Source of the DNA: Podarcis tiliguerta
Taxonomy: Eukaryota
Length of the DNA stretch: 64,000 nt
Assembly (NCBI GenBank): GCA_965153285.1
Contig: OZ229119.1
Direction: 5' to 3' (one strand)
Under the pieces are notes generated by a model. The model did not search any database and had not been told where the DNA came from. It was given only the letters and a program-made list of their open reading frames with translations. Made by a program: the position numbers and the translations under genes. This document shows positions 11,878-22,951 of the stretch, piece after piece; within the stretch, counting starts at the first letter, position 1, and each line of letters starts with the position of its first letter.

Positions 11878-14800
11878 TAGGGTACAGGCGAGTTCTAGTT
11901 GCAGCCAGCAAAATTCAGACTCCTGAGGTGACCTGTTGCTGTAGTTTGCTTTGTGCTCCTTGAAATTGCAAAGCAAGTGTTGCAAGAGTAAAGAATATAC
12001 ACCTTTACTTGTTTTTTCTTCCCTATCCCATGTTTAGAACTCTTGCACAAAGACTCATCCCATGTTACCTCAAATGGCCCAGGATGAGGGAAGGAGAAAG
12101 GAGGTTGCAAAAATTTGAAAGTGGCCTTTTTCCTCTCCCTCCCTCTGGGCCTTTTAAAGAAGGCTGGGAAGAGAAGCAAAGAAGGCAGTGGAGAAGGATT
12201 CATCATTGCCTTCCCCTGGCTGAGTTGCCTGCAGAGCTAGTTGCTGAATTACTTTTTAGGATGTCTAAAAAGTATACCGATCCTACTCTCAATAAAACAC
12301 TGATTTATATTAATGCAGAATTGGATTTATGCAATATGAAAAAGGTGACTCCTTGAACTGTTAGCTGTTGCGAACTGTGTGTTGTGAGCTGCTTTTGACT
12401 TCTCAAGGCACTGTGTCTTCAAAAAGAGTAATTCAATTGAAGTGACACAGTGACCATCTTTGATTGTATCTCAGGTCTGAATGAACTTTTTACTTCAAAT
12501 CTCCCTTTATGGTATGAGCAAACAAATCAGGAAAACTCTAACTAACCATACCTCCCCATTTTGCCCAGACTGGGAAAGTGTTGTCAGGATGTTACACCAA
12601 CTTGAGTGTGTGCTTCCAGAGTCTGTCTGATTCAGAGCAGGGTCTGTGGCTGAACCCACTTCACCTTTAAAGGAAAATGTAAAAAATGATGGTACCTTTC
12701 TTCCCCCCCCCCCCCTTTGACAGAACTGGATGTAAAATTTGCAGGTGTTGTAGCCTATTCAGAGTGGATAAAGCCTGCAAATAGGTCCAGGAGATTTAGT
12801 GCTGTGCTCCTTTCAGTGTTATTTTTTTAACAGAATCGGATAAAATTTGTTCCTTTCTGAGGGGATGACTCTTGCTACAAAGGGTAGCCTTTTGGGAGAT
12901 GGCTAAAAGAAAAAGTTTCCCTGTTTCCACTAATGTTTTGTCAGCAATTGTTATGAAAAGGGGAGGTATGAGGCCCCCTAGGTTTAGAACCTGCCAAATT
13001 GTAGACAAGAAGGTTTTTGTACTAGCCGCCTTTAAAGTTGATTTTTTGCGGGTGGGGTGGCTGAAAGGATTCAGTATTCTCCTAGTGGTTTTGTTTATGG
13101 GCACCCAGGTAGCAGTGCACACAAAGCGGCAAGAAAAGTGATTTGAGTAGTAGGTTGGCATAGGAATTGGAAGCATTCATCTGGTGGATCCATACTTCCC
13201 TACCGCGTATCCTGCATTGTTACTGCCTGAGCTGCTGCTTTTTTGGGTGTTTGTGGGGGCGGGGGGCAGCTTGAGAGTCATTCTGCCGTGTGCACCTCTT
13301 GCCCTTCCTGATTGACTTGTTGGGCTCTGCCTTTTCCCTAATCAAGAGGACTGGTGCTGCCTGTGCAAGTACATTATAAAGCTGCTGGTGATGCAATGCC
13401 TTGGAACCTTCCTCCTACTCAGCTGCTTCCTGCAGTGCAGGCAGATGGCATAGTTTGGGTCCACTGCCAGCTCAAAGTAATCCCATCTCTTCTGCTTGGG
13501 CTGGTGGCTTTTCACAGGATGAGTGGTGGTAGTGTAGGAGAGAGATTTGCTGGTTGCTGTTCCTTTTCCTCCCCAGCGCCCACCACTTCCATGCTGCTGC
13601 CTCTCTTGAGGAAAGGATACTGAAGATCATCATTATTATTAAGAGGATTTGTAGCTCGCTTTTCAGCTAAAAAGGCTTCTAGAGTGGCATACATGAAATC
13701 AATTAAAAGAAGGCTTGCAATCTACAAAAATATGGTGCACAAGGAAAAGGGGAAGGAAGAGGGGGGCGGGAAATCAAAGTCCGTCATTAATTCTTAAGCA
13801 GTTGTTCTTAAAATGACCAAGCAGCACACTTCAGTGGCAGTCTGGCTGCTCCCAGGTGACAGGTGAGATATACACTGCATCTGACATCTCCTCTGGGATA
13901 CCCTGCTCAAGTTCCACACCTTACAAGCTGACCTTGCCAGTACTAGCCAGTGGCACAGCCTTGCCTCCTGCTTAACAATAAGAGAACTCTTGGTGGTTCT
14001 GGTAGTAGGACTGGCCTTGCTCCCAATGGTAGTTGTGCTGCCAGCTTCTGGTGTGAGGCAACTCATCACTGCTGCTGCAGTGAAGATGTGTTTGAGTTTG
14101 GTGGTGGGAGAACTCAGTATGGCCATTGCTGCCACCATACACCTCTGCCACTGCTGACATAGAGGCAGACATACCATGTAGCTCCACACCAAGTCCAAAT
14201 ACACCAACTAAGGAAAGCCTGTTATCTAGCAGGGATGTTGGCTAAATCTGGCAGTCATTAAGGTCTTGTCAGCCCCATCTCCCAACTTCCCAAAGGTGGT
14301 AACACCTTTCTTGGCTGTGTGCCACTTATCTGAGTGGCTGTTTAAAGCCATCTGTCAATCAAATCTTACTTGGGTTGAGAACCCTAAAAACTGGAATGTT
14401 ACCAACATTCTGTCATCCATTACCCTCCCCTCTGACCACCCAAGATGCTGCATTATTTATGATGAAGGCCCTAGCTTTGTGAGTATACAGATCATAGACT
14501 TAGCCTGTTTTTCTAAAAGGTTTTCCTTATTTCCTAAATCACCATTCTCCCTTTCCCCTTTGTTCTCGTACCACCATCCTTAGTAAACTTCTTAAAATTG
14601 ACTGTTAGGTTTCTTGTGTGTGTTTCACACTACATGTGGTTATCAGAGGGATTTGACAGAGAAAAGCAAACTTCCCCAGGCTGCGGTGAGAAATGAGTGA
14701 AAAGTTGGACGTTCCCTCTGCCTGAATTTGCCTTTTAAGCTGTCAGGAACGTCATTTCGATTTGATTGGGTTGTAATCAAATAGCTGTTTTTAGTTTTAG

Positions 14801-15970
14801 CATGGAGTTTCTAAGCATATGGCTGGGTACCTTGGCCAGTGTATAATAGAAGTATGTAATGAAATAGTCAAGTGAGTAGTAGGGTACTTTGGCAAGCTTC
14901 TTCTGTAGGTTATCTCAGTTTTTTCATGAGTATCATCTTGGCTTTCTGCCTGTCCTAGGGCCTCAGGGTGGGTTTAAGTATTTTCTCTTTCTTTTCTTTT
15001 CCCCTCTCTAAATTGTAAGAGATACAAACATGTTGCTGGTTGTTTGTAACAAGAGGAAGCCTGTAGAATCTTAAGTCCTGCAACAGGGTGGCAGATCATA
15101 CCCCTTGAATTGTGGTATACCCTTTGAGGGGAGTAATAACGTGTTTTTTTAAACTGTTGCTTTATTTCTGGCTGTGCCTTCTGACACTCAGCTGAAATTG
15201 TAGGGATAAAGTTACTGACATTCTTTAGCCTTTTAAGGGTTTTTTCCCCCCCTTGATCCTTGAAAGGCGTGATAAGTCTTATAATAAATTATGCCCTTAA
15301 CTTGCAGAATTCTTTGTTTTTACTGGAACATCTCCTCTGAGACACTTTTAAACCTAACACTTAAAAATAAAAATAAAAGCCTGCCTTTTTGATTAGATAG
15401 CAAGTTCATCATGACATAAATTTCTTTTTGAACAGGCAGTATTATGCCTTTGTTAGACATCAGGGCACCGAAGTGAGCAAAAGCATACTACCTCTTTTTT
15501 TAAAAAACAAACAAACAACCAACCTAATATGAGAGGTATCTTGGTGTGATCTAATTTAGGGTCTGAGTATGGATATAATTTTATTTCCTTTTACTTTGGA
15601 TATTGTGATTATCGGGGGGGGGGGGGACACCAGGAAATGATACAGAACATGGTACATATTCGTAATTCATATATAGTGGTCTTTTCCTGCAATATATTTG
15701 AAAGAAAAGCAAACATATCTACTTTTAACTTTGGTTTTGCAACTCTAGTTATCCCTCCAAAAGTAACCTGTAATTCTACTTTTAAGAGTCACCTATTGTA
15801 TCCAGTCACACAGCTGACAGTTCTGCTTCTGTCAGCAGAACTGGGAGGGAGGGAATTTTCGGCAGTCCTCCATTCCCTGCCCCTCTCCCCCCATCTGCTC
15901 TGGAGGGTTCCCCATCCATGGCTTCATATTATTGAGAGAAGCCTCAAATTTGATTAGTTGATTTGTATGG

Positions 15971-16030
15971 TCTCTCTCTCTCTCTACCATCTCTATCTAT
16001 CTATCTATCTATCATCTATCTACCTACCTA
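15971..16030. repeat. Compound (CT)n/(CTAT)n/(CTAC)n microsatellite
   Basis: Directly visible. Confidence 0.9.
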
Positions 16031-16110
16031 CAGGGTGAGTCCTTTAAAAGAGGCCCTGTGGATACAGAGTACACATGTTCCATGGGGCCTCTTTTAAAAG
16101 ACTCACACTG
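16031..16110. mobile_element. 80-bp palindromic Tc1/mariner MITE
   Basis: 32-nt arms CAGGGTGAGTCCTTTAAAAGAGGCCCTGTGGA / TCCATGGGGCCTCTTTTAAAAGACTCACACTG with TA on both sides. Confidence 0.85.
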
Positions 16111-18401
16111 TATCATTGATAATTGTTTCCAAAGCTGTGCAAATGTAGGAAATGAGTGGATGTACTGACTAGCAGGGTATTAGCTGCTTTTGAGCTCATT
16201 TCTTTTGCTTCTGCTGGGGAAAGTCCTGTTTGGTAAATTGATACCTTTGTGGCCTAAGCTTTTTCAATACACTGTTCAAGTGGAAGGAAATTCTCCCTTT
16301 GGAGACCAATAAATATTGTTGCCTGGTTTTTGCTGCTTTCGAATTCCCCAGTGATCATCATTGGGCTAAATTTCCAAGTCACCCATAAGGTTTTGGTGCA
16401 CAAATCCTATCAATAGAAATTAAATGCCTAACTTTGATTAGGTGTCTAGTCTCTACTGATGCTGGAATTCAAACGTCTACTCCTTGGCGTTTGTACTCTT
16501 GTCTCAAAGGCTATTTGCCTTTCCTTGGGTGATTTTTCAGTTTCTGGTACCTGTCTCATTTTTTTTTAGGCGGGGGCCGAACGATGGAGGATTCAGCCAT
16601 TTTTCAAGCCTCCATGAATGCTTTGTTTAGGAGGGGAGTTATCTTCAGTAGAAGAGTGGAGGAGTGCAAAACTGGAGCTGGAGGTACCTTCAGTTGGTTG
16701 TTTTTTGCCTCCTCTATACTACAAGAAAAGTCACAACCTTTTCTTTCTTTCTTGAGGCATTACGGTTCTGTGAGAAATCACTGTGATAGATTTAGGGTAC
16801 AACCCCATATATTGTGAGGCAGTTTTCAGTTTGGGGTTTTCTTTTGCTTTTTAGATGGGGAGGATTTCTACAATAGAGTGATCTAAAGGAATTACCTTGC
16901 TCTGAACTCATGCAATTGGATTATAACTTCACATATCTTTGTCCTTTGAAATTGTTATTTTACGCAAAGTGGGTGGTGCTTGCTCAGGGAAGCGACCACA
17001 AATTGTTAGCAGTGCATGCACGGGGGGGGGGGGGGGAGGAAGAATGGAGAATCACATTTGCCTAAAATGGCTGTAGATAGGTACCTATTATAGGACATTT
17101 TGTTCAACCTTCTGAATTGGGGAAGAGATTATAAAAATTAGTCATTGCTTGGCTAGTAAATGTACTTCTGAATGCTCAGTGAATAGTACAAGCTGCCAAT
17201 CAGGTATCCGCAATCAATACATAAGTTTGTTTCATTTTTTAGGCTTTTAGTGGTGGTTGTTTAAAGTACTAGTGAATTGTGAGAAACCTACCTGTTTTCA
17301 GGTGCTTTTAATGTGTGTACCAGACCCATGCATGCAGATGCTCCGTCTGCATACAGGTGGGCTGCCTCACCTACCTGTCAAAATCCCTTGCTGGAGCAAT
17401 GATTAAAGGAGGGCAAGAGGACTTTCAGAGAATGCTTCGCAAATCACTCTCTGAAGCACATCCCACCCTGCTTTTAACAGTGTACCAGGACGTTTAACAC
17501 AGAGGGGGCACTCAGGGAGTGGTTTGCCAACCTTCTCTCTGAAGCATTTCCCACCCTCATTAAACCTGGAACAATGCTAAAATAATGGGGCCAGCAGTAA
17601 GCAGGACCACCTGTTTAGTGCTGAGTTCGGGCAAGCCAGAGAGCATGCCTGAACTCAAGAGGAACACTCCCTCTTTGCATTTGAGTAATCCTGATTAGCT
17701 CTGTGTCCCCATCAAAGGCTTCCAACAACCACATGGCTTAGGGCTTATATACACAGAATCCTACAAATATGTAATCTGTACACAGTAAAATATATATAGA
17801 ACATTCTACCCATCAAAGTGTTAAATCCAAAATGTGAAAATCTCGTAGGAGTAGGGTAAGCAAGTATAGTTTTGATTTTTCACTGCATGTAAGTGCATCA
17901 GAACAATTGAATACACACCTACACATGCAGTCCACAAGATTGAACATCTGTACCAACTGAATGTACATGGCATTGATAACTAAGCAATAAGCATTGTTCA
18001 CTGTTTGTGAAATTCCATGAATGGATATTGCTGCTTGTTAATATTTGAGAGAGAACCAATTGTTCCAAACTAGAGAGCTAAGCAACTTTTAAACTCCCAT
18101 TAATTATTACATGTGCACACTAAGGATAATGAATGAGCTCATTGTCAATACACAAAAATAGCAAAGATTTTATTTCATTTGATGAAACTGATTAAACTGA
18201 GAAAAGATTGGAAGAAAGTAACTCTCCAGAGCATAAAATAAATTAGCAACCAAAATAATGCTTTTTGAGAACAACAACATAGTAATATTACATGTTTTAA
18301 AACTCTTAAGTAGTTTTAAATGCTTAAGTTACTATTTCTAAAAGTGAAATTGTTGTACTTTTTTCCTTTTAAAAATTGTTAATCTTTCATACTCTTGACA
18401 G

Positions 18402-18527
18402 GGTGAATCACCACTTGATTTAGCAAAGCAAAGAAAAAACGTTTGGATGATAAACCATCTACAGGAGGCAAGGCAGGCAAAGGGATATGACAATCCATCA
18501 TTTCTCAGAAAGCTGAGGGCTGATAAG
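18402..18527 (+). CDS. ZDHHC17: ZDHHC17 exon 8: GESPLDLAKQRKNVWMINHLQEARQAKGYDNPSFLRKLRADK
   Basis: cttgacag acceptor, AAG|gtgaga donor. Confidence 0.96.
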
Positions 18528-18882
18528 GTGAGAAGAATCTTTAAGTGATGACTCATGTAATGTGTTCTTTTAAAAGTAATTTCTGACCCTGCTTAGATGA
18601 CACCCCACTACAGTTTGTACCAGGAGGTATTGGGAGTCTTGGGTTTACGCGTCTTTCTCACCCCCAAATTTGCCATTCTCTCTCACTGCAGTGAGAAATG
18701 ATTGACCAATCCTAGGCATCTTCCATTTTTCTGAATCTAGGATCCTTCCTAGTCTTGCAGATAAACCCCTCTTTGTACATATTAAACTTGCTATGAAGTA
18801 TCTGAGTGTTAAAATGAAGCACTAACTTTTTATACAGTTCATAAATATCCAGGTTAATTAATTGTTGTTTGTCTTTATGTAG

Positions 18883-19025
18883 GAATTTCGTCAGAAGGTG
18901 ATGCTGGGAACACCTTTCCTAGTTATTTGGCTGGTTGGGTTTATAGCCGACCTTGATATCGATTCTTGGCTCATTAAAGGACTAATGTATGGTGGTGTTT
19001 GGGCTATGGTTCAATTTCTTTCCAA
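18883..19025 (+). CDS. ZDHHC17: ZDHHC17 exon 9, first transmembrane helices: EFRQKVMLGTPFLVIWLVGFIADLDIDSWLIKGLMYGGVWAMVQFLS(K)
   Basis: tttatgtag acceptor, AA|gtaagt donor (phase 2). Confidence 0.96.
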
Positions 19026-20402
19026 GTAAGTATTTAATTAGGGAATATGTTGGAGTAGATAGTTTGGTTTTACATAAAATACTGACAGGTTTATAAAAGC
19101 CCCATTCTTGGGGGGGAAAGTTTTACCTAATTCACTTTTCTATTAAATGATTGTTCAGGATAAGTAAAGAAAATTGTGTTTTGATGCCCTTCTGTCCTGC
19201 CTTCCAGTTAGTTTATAGGAGACCTACTGTGCTAGATTGAAGTGGCATTCATATTTTAGCTCTGAGCAAAAAGAACCTTAAATACCACATCAGTCACATT
19301 ATGAATCATCAACTAGTTGTGTTGTATGAAAATGTGTCTGCCTGCCCAACAGTAATGTTTCCTCTTTCACAAACCAAATATTGAAATCCCTCTATAAAAT
19401 GATTAGCTTATTTTCTATAGAAATGAAAATACCCTACTCTTTTATTTCCATAACGTAATGGTCTGTAATAAGCAGACTTTTTAAAGGAGGATATTTTTGG
19501 ATTTTTTTAAAGGGATCTTAGTATTCAGTGAGTGGATAAAAAAAGACAAGAATTATTACAGGCAATGCCCAGTTTAGGCATGTTCGAATGACACTTGATT
19601 GTGCATATGTGCATGGCTCTGAACCTGGAAGGAGCCCAAAAACATCACAAAAGGGGTGGGGTGGGCTTACACGGGCTCCACTGACAAGCACAGGGTTTCG
19701 GAGCAGAAACCCTGTGCAACACAATGCTAGCCTGTATATGCCTCTTAATTTTTATGACTCTAATTTTAATGGCAAAGAGAAATACATTCGTAGTAAGAAC
19801 ATGATTAAACAAAGAAAGTTTGCATGGTTGAGTATCTTAAATTTATTTATTGTCAGTGTAATATAGCACATGTCAGAAAATATTTTAAACACTGGAATCT
19901 CTTGTGTAAGTATAAGAGATTATATTACTACAGCTCATGTTCTGGGTTTGGCTTTTTCTTCAAAGTCTGTTAAAATAACTATCATTTTGAGTTTTGCTGA
20001 GTGTGCTGTTCAGCCTTATTTTTAACTGCTGTCAAAATGTGGCTTTAGAAGAAAACTTTATTTCCAAATCTCCTTTGAAAAAACACATACAAGCAGGAGT
20101 ATGAAATGCTTTTAGACCTGGTTAGGACAGCATATGTAATATGTATGCAAGTAACAATTGGGAAAATTGACCGAAAAAAATACAAACCCCAGAAAAAGTC
20201 CGTCTGTTTGGGTGGTCACATAATTTAAATTAATAATTTAGTGTAGTGGTTAACAACATTTGTAGCAAATGGACAGGTTATTTAAAGCTCTTATTTAAAG
20301 CTCTTATTTTTTAAAAAATAAGTCTATATTTACTTGTTTGTGAATGAGCGAGCACACACATATTTGAATATGTAATAACCTATTATGTTCTTTGTTTCAC
20401 AG

Positions 20403-20503
20403 ATCATTCTTTGATCACTCAATGCATAGTGCACTGCCCCTTGGAATCTACCTAGCAACAAAATTCTGGATGTATGTGACATGGTTTTTCTGGTTTTGGA
20501 ACG
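20403..20503 (+). CDS. ZDHHC17: ZDHHC17 exon 10: SFFDHSMHSALPLGIYLATKFWMYVTWFFWFWN(D); ends at a U12 ATATCCTT donor
   Basis: tttcacag acceptor; the frame continues into exon 11 only if spliced at G|ATATCCTTT. Confidence 0.95.
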
Positions 20504-20886
20504 ATATCCTTTATATTGTGCTCAGCATTTGAATTTTTTCATTTTAGTGGGTTATATTCCAGTGCTCACATTCAAGAAAATTAAGAGGCTAGAATTTTAA
20601 GAAATTGAAGTTTTAGCAAGAGGATGTGGAAGTTTTATGGTTCAGACAGGTCATGGAAAAGGCTTAAGGGACTTCAGTGAAGCTGAAGCCAGGAGACAAG
20701 CGACCACGAGAGGGAGTGAAGCATGACAGTAAGTAAAAAGGGACTGGGCCAGATGGAACAAGTAAAAGCAGATAGTAGGACATACAGATTGAAGGGGACA
20801 GACTTAATTGCATAAGGCAGGGATGGGGAATCCGTTGTTGGGTTCCCATTATCCCCAGACAACATGGTTAATTGTGTGTGTGTATA

Positions 20887-21250
20887 AAAAGTAAAGGTAA
20901 AGGTATCCCTGCCCGTACGGGCCAGTCTTGACAGACTCTAGGGTTGTGCGCCCATCTCATTCAAGAGGCCGGGGGCCAGCGCTGTCCGGAGACACTTCCG
21001 GGTCACGTGGCCAGCGTGACATCGCTGCTCTGGCGAGCCAGAGCCGCACACGGAAACGCGGTTTACCTTCCCGCTAGTATGCGGTCCCTATTTATCTACT
21101 TGCACCCGGGAGTGCTTTCGAACTGCTAGGTTGGCAGGCGCTGGGACCGAACAACAGGAGCGCACCCCGCCGCGGGGATTCGAACCGCCGACCTTTTGAT
21201 CGACAAGCCCTAGGCGCTGAGGCTTTTACTCACAGCGCCACCTGCGTCCC
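20887..21250 (-). mobile_element. Full-length Sauria SINE (Squam1-type), young
   Basis: tRNA-like head (GGGACGC...GGTTCGAATCCCC) and (CCTTTA)n tail on the - strand; CpG retained; 14-bp TSD TGTGTGTGTGTATA at 20873-20886 and 21253-21266. Confidence 0.9.
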
Positions 21251-22701
21251 TCTGTGTGTGTGTATACCCATTAGTTAAATTACTCAAAACACAAGCTCAC
21301 AGGTTTTTTTTGATTTGTGGCAAAATAAGTTAAAATAAGATGCTTTTGAACAAGTCCTTAAACCTAGCAATATTTAGTCCTAGTCTTCTACCCCCTTGCG
21401 TTCAATCTCTTCATTTTCTTTGGCTCTACATAAGTGTTTCCTTCTTGCTCATATTGACTTTGCTTTCTCAGTAGCTGTGCTGATTGTCATATCCCGATTA
21501 CTGGCTCCTTCTGAAGTTAATATTTATGAACATTTAATGACATTATAGCAGAGTACAAGTAGACACTACATTTGCGATGTGGGTGCTGCCAGAACAGTCC
21601 CTTCTAAATCCTACATGTCAGTTTACTTTAACTGATTAATGTTGCCAGCCTCAATTATTAGTTCTTCTAGCCATTCAAGTTCTGCTGTCAGTCAGCTTGT
21701 CTGCAACTTGTTAGAAAAAAATATATGACATGTGCTCTGTTTTATAGAATGAAGTAGAAAAATTGTGGTCAGGGTAAGAATTTATTCTCATATGTCTTAC
21801 AGTTTGATGAAATCAATTGCATCAGAGAACAGTGCCTTCTTTCTTCTCAGTAGGAAGAATAATGTGATATCTGGCTAAATGTCTCTGTGGCAGCCTTTTA
21901 TAAATCTGCTTCTGGAATATGTTTTGATCAGAAATAAAAGGGCATCCAGATTGATTAATTTAAATATCTAGAATTGACTTTTAACTTGTCACTAGAATTA
22001 TGATGAAAAGTAATATTTTGTATTTACTCAATGCATTCCACTTGGGACTCTTGAGGTCTGTTTAGTTATTTCTGTGCTGACTAGGATTGCCTTCTAACCT
22101 TACATCGAAACAGGCTTTGATAATGTTTTATAAACCTTACATAAGAGGGAATCTGGTTAGCTTCAATAATAGTCTACAACAGCAGGAAAGACAACCTATA
22201 AAAGAGAGAAATTTGTGTTGGATGATACCATGAGATCCCCCTCAGTAGTCTTACATACTTTCCTCACCATTATTAGGATAAAGGATATGTTGTCCTCTAT
22301 TCCTGTTAAAGCAAGTGCTTTTCAAGATGTCTGCATTTCATGTAGCAAAGTCTTCTTAACTTCCCCCACTTATATAAGCTCAGAGGCCCAACCACAGAGG
22401 TAGTTCTGTTAGCACATTGTGTAGAGCACTAAAAGCAGGCAAATGTGACCATACAAGGGTAGGGGGGAACCATCTAATCTCTTCCTTTGGCTTGGACCTA
22501 TCTCTTGCTTCTTAGTCACAGGAACATACTGTCCAGTTTTGAAAGCATCTCTCTGTCAGAGGTTTAATGCCAGACAGACAATTAAGGGCATCTAGCTTTT
22601 TTGTAGTAGAACATAATACAGTTTTCTCTACTAGCTTCTTTTTAGTGGGCTAGACATGTGGTTTAGTAATTGAAATGAATGCTGGTACTTATGAAAACAT
22701 G

Positions 22702-22951
22702 TAGCCGTACCTTGGTTTTCAAACAGCTTAGTTCTCGAACATTTTGGCTCCCGAACACTGCAAACCCGAAAGTGACTCTTCTGGTTTGCAAACTATTTTT
22801 GGAAGCTGAATGTCTGACTGGACTTCCATGGCTTCCAGTTGGCTGCAGGAGCTTCCTGCAGCCAATCAGAAGCCACACTTTGGTTTCCAAACATTTTGGA
22901 AGTCGAACAGACTTCCGGAACGGATTCCTTTCGACTTCCAAGGTATGACTG
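22702..22951. mobile_element. Tigger-like MITE (same family as 45475-45730, opposite orientation)
   Basis: TIRs (t)AGCCGTACCTTGG / CCAAGGTATGACTG-TA; internal homology to the reverse complement of 45475-45730. Confidence 0.8.

Noticed and set aside
21165-21250. tRNA-like A/B boxes (also near 54010-54065 and 62750)
   Set aside because: They are SINE heads, not cloverleaf tRNA genes.
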